Assembly: GCA_017416885.1 (NCBI GenBank)
Contig: JAFQAM010000197.1
Location: forward strand, 1 to 38,802
Length of the DNA: 38,802 bases
Source: Clostridia bacterium
GTDB lineage: Bacteria > Bacillota > Clostridia > Oscillospirales > CAG-272
Direction: 5' to 3'
Below are positions 7,253 to 15,174 of the stretch, piece after piece. A program made the translations under genes and the position numbers. Position 1 is the stretch's first letter, and every line of letters begins with the position of its first letter. The notes under the pieces are model-generated. The model was not told the DNA's origin. It did not search any database and saw only the letters and a program-made list of their open reading frames with translations.

Positions 7253-8719
7253 TTACAAAATTATACAAATCAAGCCGTTTGAGCCCTCGTTTATCACTCT
7301 TGACAGCGTATCAGATAGCTTCGCTCTTGACTCTTGAGAAATATGCTCTAATTTTGCGTGTAAGCCGTCATTTACAAGCTCATAAAGTGTCTTACCAAAC
7401 ATATTAGATTGCCATATCCTCTTTGGGTCATCCTCAAATTCCTCTAAAATGTACTTTATCATTTCCTGTGATCTCTCAGCCGTACCGACAATCGGATTGA
7501 TTTCCGTATCAATAGAAGCTCTTATCATATGAATTGACGGAGCAGAAGCCTTCAGCTTTACACCGTAAGCGCCTGCTTGCTTTACAATTTCAGGCTCCTC
7601 AAGAGTCATATCCTCATAATCGGGAAGCACAATTCCGTAACCGCTACTATTTACATCCTCAATCGCCTTAGCAAATTTGTCAAACTCAGCCTTCGCCTCA
7701 CTTAAAGACTTAATAGTAGTAAATAAATCCTCATCGTCATTTATTTCAATTCCGCTAAGCTCACTTATCACCTTGTAGTATAATTCCGGTAATAGCGAAA
7801 TATTAATATCTACCGTACCGTTTCCTAAATCACTTACCACCTCAGGCATATTCAAAATATTTTCATTTTCAAAAAGCGCTGTGGCAATACCGTTAATATC
7901 ATCAATTTTCGTTGCATTTAAAATTGAAGACTTGATTGAAGAAATTATGCTTTCCTTTAACCAATGATTACCATCTAAAGATGCAAAATATTTTGGCAAA
8001 TTGAATCTTAGCTCATTAATACCGAATTGACCTAATAAAAGCTTTAATATCCCCTCAAAATCCTCATTGTCAAGCTCAAGCGCATTTACCAAAGCAACAG
8101 GAGACTCATATTTCTTTTCAAGCTCAATTGCTAACTCCTGCGCCTTCTTTGACTGAGGCGAATTTGAATTTAAAACAATTACAAATGGCTTGTTAATCGC
8201 TTTTAGTTCATTAATAACTCTTTCTTCGCTTGCTACATATGCTGCGCGCTCAATCTCACCGATTGTTCCGTCAGTAGTTACCACAACACCAACAGTGGAA
8301 TGGTCCTTGATGACCTTTTTGGTACCAAGCTCCCCTGCCTTTTCAAACTCCATAGGCTCACTGTCCCAAGGAGTCATAACCATTCTGCTTTCGCCATTTT
8401 CCGTAGCGCCGATAGCGCCGTCAACCATATAGCCAACACAGTCAATCAGTCTGACTCTCATCTTTGATGAGCCAATACAAACAGAAACCGCCTCATCAGG
8501 AATAAATTTAGGCTCAGTTGTCATAATAGTTTTGCCCGAGGCGCTTTGCGGAGTCTCATCCTTTGCCCTTTCCTTGTCGTATTCCGACTCGATATTAGGC
8601 AAAACAACATTGTCCATAAACTTTTTAACAAAGGTTGATTTTCCACTTCTCACAGGACCGACAACACCTAAATATATTTCGCCGTTAGTCCTTTTTGCGA
8701 TATCATCATAAATATTCAT
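7253..8719 (-). CDS. spoIVA: Stage IV sporulation protein A (spore-coat morphogenetic ATPase)
   Basis: 488 aa. MNIYDDIAKRTNGEIYLGVVGPVRSGKSTFVKKFM contains the Walker A motif at the expected position, and similarity to SpoIVA runs the whole length. Confidence 0.92.
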   Translation of the reverse strand: MNIYDDIAKRTNGEIYLGVVGPVRSGKSTFVKKFMDNVVLPNIESEYDKERAKDETPQSASGKTIMTTEPKFIPDEAVSVCIGSSKMRVRLIDCVGYMVDGAIGATENGESRMVMTPWDSEPMEFEKAGELGTKKVIKDHSTVGVVVTTDGTIGEIERAAYVASEERVINELKAINKPFVIVLNSNSPQSKKAQELAIELEKKYESPVALVNALELDNEDFEGILKLLLGQFGINELRFNLPKYFASLDGNHWLKESIISSIKSSILNATKIDDINGIATALFENENILNMPEVVSDLGNGTVDINISLLPELYYKVISELSGIEINDDEDLFTTIKSLSEAKAEFDKFAKAIEDVNSSGYGIVLPDYEDMTLEEPEIVKQAGAYGVKLKASAPSIHMIRASIDTEINPIVGTAERSQEMIKYILEEFEDDPKRIWQSNMFGKTLYELVNDGLHAKLEHISQESRAKLSDTLSRVINEGSNGLICIIL

Positions 8720-8752
8720 AAAATTCCCGTTCCTTTTTATGTAATTTCATTT

Positions 8753-8786
8753 AATGAATATGCATAAAATATCCCGAGTATGACAA
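8753..8786 (-). promoter_or_regulatory. Possible sigma-E type promoter of spoIVA
   Basis: The minus strand reads tTCATActcgggatattttatgCATATtCAt. A TCATA-like -35 and a CATAxxxT-like -10 are about 16 nt apart, loosely resembling the sigma-E consensus. Confidence 0.3.
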
Positions 8787-8810
8787 AAGCACATCCGAAG
8801 ATGTGCTTTT
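8785..8810 (-). terminator. Terminator of the DUF4190 gene
   Basis: aaaa, then stem gcacatc/gatgtgc with loop cgaa, then tttt. It lies immediately downstream of the 8821 stop on the minus strand. Confidence 0.7.
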
Positions 8811-8820
8811 ATGTATAAAA

Positions 8821-9240
8821 TTAATAATTCATCATTTCGTTCATCATTTCTTGCATTACGCCTGCTAAAACTGTTGCATATAAAATCAAATAAATAACAG
8901 AGCATACAATAGCAATGATACCGCAAATCATACCTGCGCGAGCAAGTGAGTTAGGCTGACCGCCATTATTGTTTTTATCAACATAATAAAATACAATCGC
9001 CAGAATACCCATAATAATACCGCATGAGCCGCAGCAGAGAATACTCAAAATACCAAGCACTAATGAAGCAATAGCGTATCCGCTGTTTTCCTTCTTTGGT
9101 TGATCGACAGGAGTATAGTGAGGAATGTTGTAAATAGGCTGATTATTTTCATTTTGATTATTGTAATAACCGTTTGTATTTTGCTCGTTTGAATTATTAT
9201 CATTGTTATTCTGATAACCGAATTCGTTATTTTCGTTCAT
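8821..9240 (-). CDS. DUF4190-type small membrane protein with an Asn/Gln-rich N-terminal region
   Basis: 139 aa. The N-terminal ~45 residues are dominated by N/Q/Y. Two TM helices follow, with the pattern GYAIASLVLGILSILCCGSCGIIMGILAIVF typical of DUF4190. Confidence 0.7.
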   Translation of the reverse strand: MNENNEFGYQNNNDNNSNEQNTNGYYNNQNENNQPIYNIPHYTPVDQPKKENSGYAIASLVLGILSILCCGSCGIIMGILAIVFYYVDKNNNGGQPNSLARAGMICGIIAIVCSVIYLILYATVLAGVMQEMMNEMMNY

Positions 9241-9376
9241 AATTACACCCCCTTAAATAGATATATTTATTTTAACATTAAATATATTCAATTTCAATAG
9301 TTTTTTGAAAAAAGAGTTTAAATTTAAATCAAAATATGTTAATATATTGATTGAGGTGGTTTATTTGCAAAGAAGA

Positions 9377-9787
9377 ATGAAAAGACTTATAATTTCCAAT
9401 ATCATAGTGCTGCTTGCATCAATTGCTTTTGCGATTGTAGCAGGAATATTATCACGGAATGATATGTGGAAATGTATGACGGTTGAGGTGTATGGCTTAT
9501 ACTGTCCGGGCTGTGGCGGAACAAGAGCATTATTTTCTTTACTGAAATTGGATTTTTTATCAATGCTGAAATATAATCCTATTCTGCCAATGGCTATATT
9601 AGTTTACGCATACTATAATGTACGCGCATTTATCGAGATTAAAAGAAATAACGAGCAGTATTTTGCTAAAAACAAGTATAGACTTATATATGTAGTAATA
9701 GCTTTTGGCTTTATTTATTTTTTGGTTAGAAACATACTTTTGCTAAACGGCATTGATTTATTAGGCGATATCTTAGGAGGAAATTGA
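9377..9787 (+). CDS. DUF2752 domain membrane protein
   Basis: The CPGCGGTRALFSLLKLDF motif is typical of DUF2752. The track ORF starts at TTG 9305. The ATG at 9377 or the TTG at 9365 (just after GAGGTGG) is a more plausible start. Confidence 0.65.
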   Translation: MKRLIISNIIVLLASIAFAIVAGILSRNDMWKCMTVEVYGLYCPGCGGTRALFSLLKLDFLSMLKYNPILPMAILVYAYYNVRAFIEIKRNNEQYFAKNKYRLIYVVIAFGFIYFLVRNILLLNGIDLLGDILGGN

Positions 9788-9788
9788 A

Positions 9789-10874
9789 ATGAAGGATTTC
9801 GATAAAAGAGTTAACAGCACCGTAATTGACGGACATTTACATATTGAGGGCATCTACAATAATAAAGGAGAGCACTTTCTGAACGGCTTTGAGGAATACC
9901 GCAATACCAAGGGATTAAAAAGATTGAACATTGCAGCGCTTCCGTCAGGCAAAAGAGATGTAGCCAATAATATCTTATGCGCATTTTATAAGTTAGCGCA
10001 TCCTCAGGACTTTGCTCACGGTGGACTCACATTTAAGGAATATCCCGTTAATCCCAACGAAAAAACAGATATGTCTCCACTAACACAATATAAGGAGCTA
10101 ATGGAAATAGGCTTTGACGGAATTAAGCTGTTAGAGGGCAAGCCGCAGGTACATAAGGTGCTCGGTATTCCGCTGTGCCATGAATATTTTGACGAATTTT
10201 ATGATGCAATAGAAAAGGACGGCACGCACCTTTTATTTCATGTAAACGATCCCGAGGAATTCTGGGATCCCGATAAAGCAAGCGAGGAAATCAAAAAGTT
10301 AGGCTGGTTCTACGGAGACGGCACCTACGCCTCAAACGAGGAGGTTTATCGCCAGATTTATGCGATTTTAGATAAGCATCCAAATTTAAAGGTAACCTTT
10401 GCCCATTTCTTTTTCTATTCCAAGCAACCCCAAAAGCTTGAAGCTTTATTCGAAAAATATCCCAACGCCTGTGTAGATGTAACACCGGGCGGAGAAATGT
10501 TTGTTTCATTTAGCGAAAATCCCGAATACTATAAGGAGTTTTTCAAAAAATATAGCAATAGAGTGCTTTTAGGCACAGATAGCACATTCCCATATAGCGC
10601 TGATGATATGATGTGGATTTGCGATAGAGTATATCGCTATTTTGCCACAACAGATACACTAAAAAGCTTTAACGGTTGCGAAATAACAGGCATTGATTTA
10701 CCAAACGAATTTAGAGAAAATATTTTCCATAAAAATTTTGAAAACAGAGTAGGCGCAGAGCCTAAGAAAATCAACAAGGAAGCATTAAAGCGCTATATCG
10801 AAAAATATAAGCACCTGATCAAGGAAAAGGACTACCTTGAGGAGATAGAAAGGCTGACAAAAGAGCTATTATAA
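9789..10874 (+). CDS. Amidohydrolase-family (TIM-barrel metal-dependent) hydrolase
   Basis: 361 aa. It has an N-terminal IDGHLHIEG metal-binding motif and a later FHVND / GTDS pattern. A GGAGG RBS is present. Confidence 0.6.
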   Translation: MKDFDKRVNSTVIDGHLHIEGIYNNKGEHFLNGFEEYRNTKGLKRLNIAALPSGKRDVANNILCAFYKLAHPQDFAHGGLTFKEYPVNPNEKTDMSPLTQYKELMEIGFDGIKLLEGKPQVHKVLGIPLCHEYFDEFYDAIEKDGTHLLFHVNDPEEFWDPDKASEEIKKLGWFYGDGTYASNEEVYRQIYAILDKHPNLKVTFAHFFFYSKQPQKLEALFEKYPNACVDVTPGGEMFVSFSENPEYYKEFFKKYSNRVLLGTDSTFPYSADDMMWICDRVYRYFATTDTLKSFNGCEITGIDLPNEFRENIFHKNFENRVGAEPKKINKEALKRYIEKYKHLIKEKDYLEEIERLTKELL

Positions 10875-10883
10875 TAATTATAC

Positions 10884-10912
10884 TTGACTTTACAGAATAT
10901 GTATGCTATAAT
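10884..10912 (+). promoter_or_regulatory. Sigma-A type promoter for the CorC/HlyC transporter gene
   Basis: TTGACT (10884-10889), 17 nt, TATAAT (10907-10912). Confidence 0.65.
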
Positions 10913-10947
10913 TGATATAATTATTTATTGGAGGTAACTTTATAATT

Positions 10948-12267
10948 ATGGACCCGGACCCTAATACTGCAAACTTTTTCATTGATAACATCGGCTTATT
11001 TATAGCAATGCTGATATGCTTAATATGCTCAGGATTCTTTTCAGCAACAGAGACAGCGTTTACTTCATTTAACAAAATCAGAATGAAGAATAATGCTCAG
11101 GACGGCAATAAAAGAGCATCATTAGTAATTAAGCTTGAAGAAAAATATGAAAAGCTTTTGACAGGAATATTAATAGGCAACAACATAGTTAATATTGCGC
11201 TATCATCAATTGCAACACTTTATTTTATTGCTTTATTTGAAGGCGTGCAATTAGATAATGCTAATTCAATCGGTTCAACAGTATCAACAGCAGTTGTAAC
11301 AGTAGCGGTTCTTATTTTTGGCGAAATCTCACCGAAGGTAATTGCAAGACAAAATCCCGATAAGGTTGCAATGAGCTTTGCACCTATCATTAATGCAATA
11401 ATGATAGTTTTAACACCGCTTACATTTGTTTTCGGTGCTTGGAGTAATTTAATGGTTAAATTGTTCCACTCTAAGGAGCAAAACACTATGACAGAAGAAG
11501 AGCTTATCACCATTGTTGATGAAGCAGAGGAGGGCGGCGCTCTTGAAAGTGAGGAGGGCGACCTTATCCGTTCAGCCATCGAATTCAGTGATGTGAGCGC
11601 AGGCGATATTCTGACACCCCGTGTGGATATTTGCGCTATTCCAAAGGATGCAACCGTTGAGGAAATTGCAAAAACCTTTATAGAAAATTCCTTCTCAAGA
11701 TTGCCTGTTTATGGCGAGGATATTGACGATATTGTCGGTATTTTACACGAAAAGGATTTCTTTATCGCATACCATAACAATAATAAAACAGTATCAAAAT
11801 ACATACAAAAGCCCGTGCATGTGTCTGAGCACATTAAAATCACCGACCTTTTACAGACACTCAAAACAAAAAAATGCCATATGGCAATCGTAGTTGATGA
11901 ATTCGGCGGTACAATGGGCATTGTAACGATGGAGGATATTATCGAGGAATTAATCGGTGATGTCTTTGACGAGCACGACGAGGTAACTAACGATTATAAG
12001 GAGCTGCCTGACGGAAGCTTTAATGTAAAATGCTCAGCCGACCTTGACGATTTCTTTGATAAATTTGAAATTTCAGTTGATGACGACGAGGACCAGCCTC
12101 AGACCGTAAACGGCTTTATTATGAAGGAGCTTGAAACCTTCCCGCAGGTAGGCGATAGCTTTGAATATCAGAACCTCAGAATCGAGATTAAGAAAATCGG
12201 CTCAAAAAGAGTAGAAGAGGTCAATGTTTCAGTAATCCAAAAGGAAGAAACAAAGGACGAAGAATAA
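10948..12267 (+). CDS. HlyC/CorC-family transporter (CNNM/DUF21 TM domain, CBS pair, CorC_HlyC domain)
   Basis: 439 aa. It has the N-terminal 4-TM DUF21 region (SGFFSATETAFTS), a CBS pair region and the C-terminal transporter-associated domain. Confidence 0.85.
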   Translation: MDPDPNTANFFIDNIGLFIAMLICLICSGFFSATETAFTSFNKIRMKNNAQDGNKRASLVIKLEEKYEKLLTGILIGNNIVNIALSSIATLYFIALFEGVQLDNANSIGSTVSTAVVTVAVLIFGEISPKVIARQNPDKVAMSFAPIINAIMIVLTPLTFVFGAWSNLMVKLFHSKEQNTMTEEELITIVDEAEEGGALESEEGDLIRSAIEFSDVSAGDILTPRVDICAIPKDATVEEIAKTFIENSFSRLPVYGEDIDDIVGILHEKDFFIAYHNNNKTVSKYIQKPVHVSEHIKITDLLQTLKTKKCHMAIVVDEFGGTMGIVTMEDIIEELIGDVFDEHDEVTNDYKELPDGSFNVKCSADLDDFFDKFEISVDDDEDQPQTVNGFIMKELETFPQVGDSFEYQNLRIEIKKIGSKRVEEVNVSVIQKEETKDEE

Positions 12268-12270
12268 CTT

Positions 12271-12297
12271 AAAGCTCCCTTTAATAGGGAGCTTTAT
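12271..12297 (+). terminator. Terminator after the CorC/HlyC gene
   Basis: 9-bp stem aaagctccc/gggagcttt, loop tttaata, T-rich tail. Confidence 0.6.
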
Positions 12298-12316
12298 TAA
12301 AGAATAAACCAAACTA

Positions 12317-12431
12317 ATATATACACGCGCTGCGTGATTCCATACAAACTAAGGTTGATTACATACACACCTGCGGCGTGATTGTGGCAAAGCTGCAACC
12401 CTACATCCTATCCCCTATATCCTATAATATC
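12317..12431. repeat. Mini-hairpin tandem array C
   Basis: There are three 21-23 nt units of the form ATACA-hairpin-GATT: atacaCACGC-gct-GCGTGatt, catacAAAC-taa-GGTTGatt and acatacaCACC-tgc-GGCGTGatt. These are followed by ttgtggc-aaa-gctgcaa (a 7-bp stem with two G.T pairs) and then C/T-rich CCTAT(A)ATCC repeats that run into a TATAAT at 12423-12428. Confidence 0.6.
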
Positions 12432-12453
12432 CCGCGACTGAAAGGAGCAAAAA

Positions 12454-13017
12454 ATGAATGTATTTGACTTTGACGGAACTATCTATGACGGTGATAGCTC
12501 CTCACACTTTTATTTTTATTGCTTAAAGCATTATCCAAAAACAAGAAAGCTTTTATTCCGCACTATATGGTACGGTATTGGCTTCGGCTTAAAAATTGTC
12601 AAAAAGAAAACCTTCAAGCAAAAGCTATTCAGCTTTGTTTCAAAAATAGATGACCTTGATAAGGCTGTTTTGGATTTTTGGCAATCCCACGAAAAAAACA
12701 TAAAAAAATTCTATCTTGATATGAAGCAGCCAACCGATATTATAATCTCAGCATCCCCCGAATTTCTTTTAAAGCCGATTTGCGACAAATTAGGCGTTAC
12801 AGTAATGGCAACCAAGGTAGATAAAAAAACAGGACTTTTTGACGGCGAAAACTGTCACGGTCAAGAAAAGGTAAGACGATTCTATGAGCTTTATCCCGAT
12901 GCTGAAATAGACGAGTTTTATTCCGACCTCTATTGCGATACCCCTCTCGCTCGCCTCGCGAAAAAAGCCTACATCGTCAAGGGCGAAAAGCTCTCCCCTT
13001 GGAAAAAATACAAATAA
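12454..13017 (+). CDS. HAD-superfamily hydrolase (subfamily IB-like)
   Basis: 187 aa. It carries the N-terminal FDFDGTIYDGDS motif I. A GGAG RBS is present. Confidence 0.75.
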   Translation: MNVFDFDGTIYDGDSSSHFYFYCLKHYPKTRKLLFRTIWYGIGFGLKIVKKKTFKQKLFSFVSKIDDLDKAVLDFWQSHEKNIKKFYLDMKQPTDIIISASPEFLLKPICDKLGVTVMATKVDKKTGLFDGENCHGQEKVRRFYELYPDAEIDEFYSDLYCDTPLARLAKKAYIVKGEKLSPWKKYK

Positions 13018-13022
13018 TTCTC

Positions 13023-13128
13023 ATTTTGCGAAGCAAAATATATCGAAATTTACGAAGTAAATTATATCGAAAATCGCTTGCGATTTATATCGAATTTGCG
13101 TAGCAAATATATCGACACACATAGTGTG
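13023..13128. repeat. Mini-hairpin tandem array B (clearest example)
   Basis: Five perfect palindromes are present: attttgc-GAA-gcaaaat, aatttac-GAA-gtaaatt, aaatcgc-tt-gcgattt, atttgc-GTA-gcaaat and cacac-ATA-gtgtg. They are separated by the invariant spacer ATATCGA (4 copies), with a period of 22-24 nt. Confidence 0.85.
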
Positions 13129-13135
13129 CTATAAT

Positions 13136-13171
13136 AAAAACCTTCAAGGAAACGCACCTTGAAGGTTTTTT
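13136..13171. terminator. Bidirectional terminator (HAD gene and convergent XRE gene)
   Basis: aaaaa, then stem ccttcaagg/ccttgaagg with loop aaacgca, then tttttt. Confidence 0.85.
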
Positions 13172-13179
13172 GTGTAAAT

Positions 13180-13428
13180 TTAATCATCAATATCAAGTAT
13201 TTTATAAGCCTTAATTCCCAACGCCTTAGCAATAGTAAAAATCGCCTTAACAGACGGACAATACGGCAAATTTGGACTTTCAAGCTGACTTATATAAGAG
13301 AGCGTAAGTCCTGTGTTTTCTGCAAGCTCAGCCTGTGTCATTCCCGCCTTGCGCCTATAATATCCTATTTTTATACCTATATCTAAAAGAATTCCTTTAT
13401 ATTCATTTTCACTTAGCATTGTCATCAT
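13180..13428 (-). CDS. XRE-family helix-turn-helix transcriptional regulator
   Basis: 82 aa. IGYYRRKAGMTQAELAENTGLTLSYISQLE is a canonical HTH_3 (Cro/C1-type) motif. Confidence 0.85.
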   Translation of the reverse strand: MMTMLSENEYKGILLDIGIKIGYYRRKAGMTQAELAENTGLTLSYISQLESPNLPYCPSVKAIFTIAKALGIKAYKILDIDD

Positions 13429-13461
13429 CCTTACCTTTTTGTTTAATATTATTATATCCTA

Positions 13462-13519
13462 TTGCAAAACAAAAATAAATGTGATACAATTGAGTAAAGA
13501 CTCACTAAAATTGAGTAAA
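13462..13519 (+). promoter_or_regulatory. Promoter plus direct-repeat operator candidate for the zinc-ribbon/SPFH operon
   Basis: TTGCAA (13462-13467), 17 nt, TACAAT (13485-13490), with TGA upstream. AATTGAGTAAA occurs twice (13489-13499 and 13509-13519, 20-bp phasing), overlapping the -10/+1 region. The inverted repeat tgagt/actca lies between the two copies. Confidence 0.5.
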
Positions 13520-13556
13520 CACACAACGATATTAATACTATAAAAGGAGAGTATGC

Positions 13557-14378
13557 ATGGCATTTTGTGTAAATTGTGGAGAAAATTTACAAAATGGCGC
13601 AAAATTCTGCGCAAGCTGCGGCACGCCTGTAAATCAAAACGCTTCAGCAAACAACGAAAGAAAAGCTATATATGATGGTGAAATCCACAAATGTCCCAAT
13701 TGTGGCGAAGCCTTAAAATCATTTGAGACTATCTGCCCAACCTGTCAATTTGAACTAAGAGGAACAAAAGGTTCAAACTCGGTAAAGGAATTAGCGGATA
13801 AATTAGAGAAATCAACATCAGAAAATCAAAAAATTACAATCATCAAAAACTATCCTATCCCAAACACCAAAGAAGACATATTTGAATTTATGTTCTTAGC
13901 ATATTCGAATTTTGATGCTAAATATTATGCAGAACATCAAGATGTCGAAGATATATCTGATGCTTGGTTAGCTAAGGTAGAACAATGCTATCAAAAGGCA
14001 AAATTTTTGTTACATAAAAATGAAATTCAAAAAATAGAAGAAATGTATATGAAAATAAAAGGTGATATTCAAATTGTCAATAAAAAAGATTCAAAAAGAA
14101 ACATTGCTTCTATTATTATGATAATAATAGGACTTTTGATTATGACACCTTTGCCACCAATAGGCGTGGTATTGTTAATTTGTGGTATTGTTAGAATTGT
14201 TAAAAAAAGCAAAAAAATTAATTCAAATAACAACAAGGCTATAAATCACAATTATGCTAATACTGTACAAACGAAAACAGGCTTTTCAACATGGAGCACA
14301 ACCGCAAAGATTTTATGGATAATTTTAAATATTTATACTTTAGGAATTCCAGCAATAATTTATGCGTGTAGCAAATAA
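13557..14378 (+). CDS. Double zinc-ribbon protein with a helical middle domain and C-terminal TM segments
   Basis: 273 aa. CVNCG..CASCG and CPNCG..CPTCQ form two zinc ribbons. A conserved block IIKNYPIPNTKEDIFEFMFLAYSNFD follows. There are two C-terminal hydrophobic helices. Confidence 0.7.
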   Translation: MAFCVNCGENLQNGAKFCASCGTPVNQNASANNERKAIYDGEIHKCPNCGEALKSFETICPTCQFELRGTKGSNSVKELADKLEKSTSENQKITIIKNYPIPNTKEDIFEFMFLAYSNFDAKYYAEHQDVEDISDAWLAKVEQCYQKAKFLLHKNEIQKIEEMYMKIKGDIQIVNKKDSKRNIASIIMIIIGLLIMTPLPPIGVVLLICGIVRIVKKSKKINSNNNKAINHNYANTVQTKTGFSTWSTTAKILWIILNIYTLGIPAIIYACSK

Positions 14379-14393
14379 AAGGAGATGAAACAA

Positions 14394-15152
14394 ATGGCAT
14401 TTTTTGATTCTTTAAAAAACATAATAAAAGCCGTACAACCTCAACAAAACTCAAGTAATAATAACGCACAAGGAGCTTGCTCGTTTTGCTCAAATTGTGG
14501 AATGAGGTTAGAAAGCAACGCAAAATTTTGTAGTGGTTGTGGCTCTTTTGTTGTTGGTATGGTTACGAATATACCAAATAAGGTTACTACGAATGAATTA
14601 TCTGAAACTTATTCTAACGGACGACAACAAGAGTATGTCGGCACTGTGTTAAAATGTTCAAATTGCGGATGCAACATTACACAGACTACAGCCATCTGTC
14701 CAGAATGTGGGATAAGAATTACAGGACAAGCCGCTGTTGGATCAGTTTTATCGTTTAAGGATCAACTAATGACCTTAGAAAGCGGTCGTAAAAAAGGATT
14801 TGGTGGAATTTTATTAGGCACACACTGTCCTGCAGATCCTGTAGATGTACAAAAACTAACATTAATCAGAAATTTTCCTGTACCTAATTCAATAGATGAT
14901 ATACTTGAATTTATGATGTTAGCGGTTGCAAATATCGATGTAAGCTTGTCAAAAAAATCTTGGACTAATAGAACTTCAAATAATGGAATAGAAACCGTTG
15001 CCACCATAGCAAAGGCAATTAGTAATGCATGGGTATCAAAAATGCAACAAATATATCAAAAAGCAGAAATTATATTTCCTAATGATCCTACATTTAAGCA
15101 AATTCAAAAAATATATTTTAGTAAAATGAAAGAATTAAAAATTAAAGTTTAA
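14394..15152 (+). CDS. Double zinc-ribbon protein, soluble paralogue of the preceding gene
   Basis: CSNCG..CSGCG and CSNCG..CPECG form two zinc ribbons. It shares LIRNFPVPNSIDDILEFMMLAVANID and AWVSKMQQIYQKAE with the upstream protein. The track start at 14385 directly abuts the AAAGGAG, so the ATG at 14394 has better spacing. Confidence 0.7.
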   Translation: MAFFDSLKNIIKAVQPQQNSSNNNAQGACSFCSNCGMRLESNAKFCSGCGSFVVGMVTNIPNKVTTNELSETYSNGRQQEYVGTVLKCSNCGCNITQTTAICPECGIRITGQAAVGSVLSFKDQLMTLESGRKKGFGGILLGTHCPADPVDVQKLTLIRNFPVPNSIDDILEFMMLAVANIDVSLSKKSWTNRTSNNGIETVATIAKAISNAWVSKMQQIYQKAEIIFPNDPTFKQIQKIYFSKMKELKIKV

Positions 15153-15174
15153 TTACAAATAAAAGGAGCTAATT

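Noticed and set aside
10890-11075. 61-aa minus-strand ORF across the CorC promoter and start
   Set aside because: It overlaps a consensus plus-strand promoter, RBS and N-terminal coding region, and has no signals of its own.
11220-11921. Antisense or overlapping ORFs within the CorC/HlyC gene (11220-11579, 11709-11921, 11711-11893)
   Set aside because: They are embedded in a gene with strong domain evidence and have no independent signals.
13023-13128. Translation of the 24-nt periodic array as a repeat peptide (ILRSKIYR NLRSKLYR ...)
   Set aside because: It has no start codon or RBS, the frame terminates within the array, and the period drifts from 24 to 22 nt, which breaks any reading frame. 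Palindromic structure explains the periodicity better.
13062-13386. ORFs 13062-13283 (-) and 13159-13386 (+)
   Set aside because: They span the hairpin array and the terminator, or lie antisense to the well-supported XRE gene. Neither has an RBS. They are spurious.
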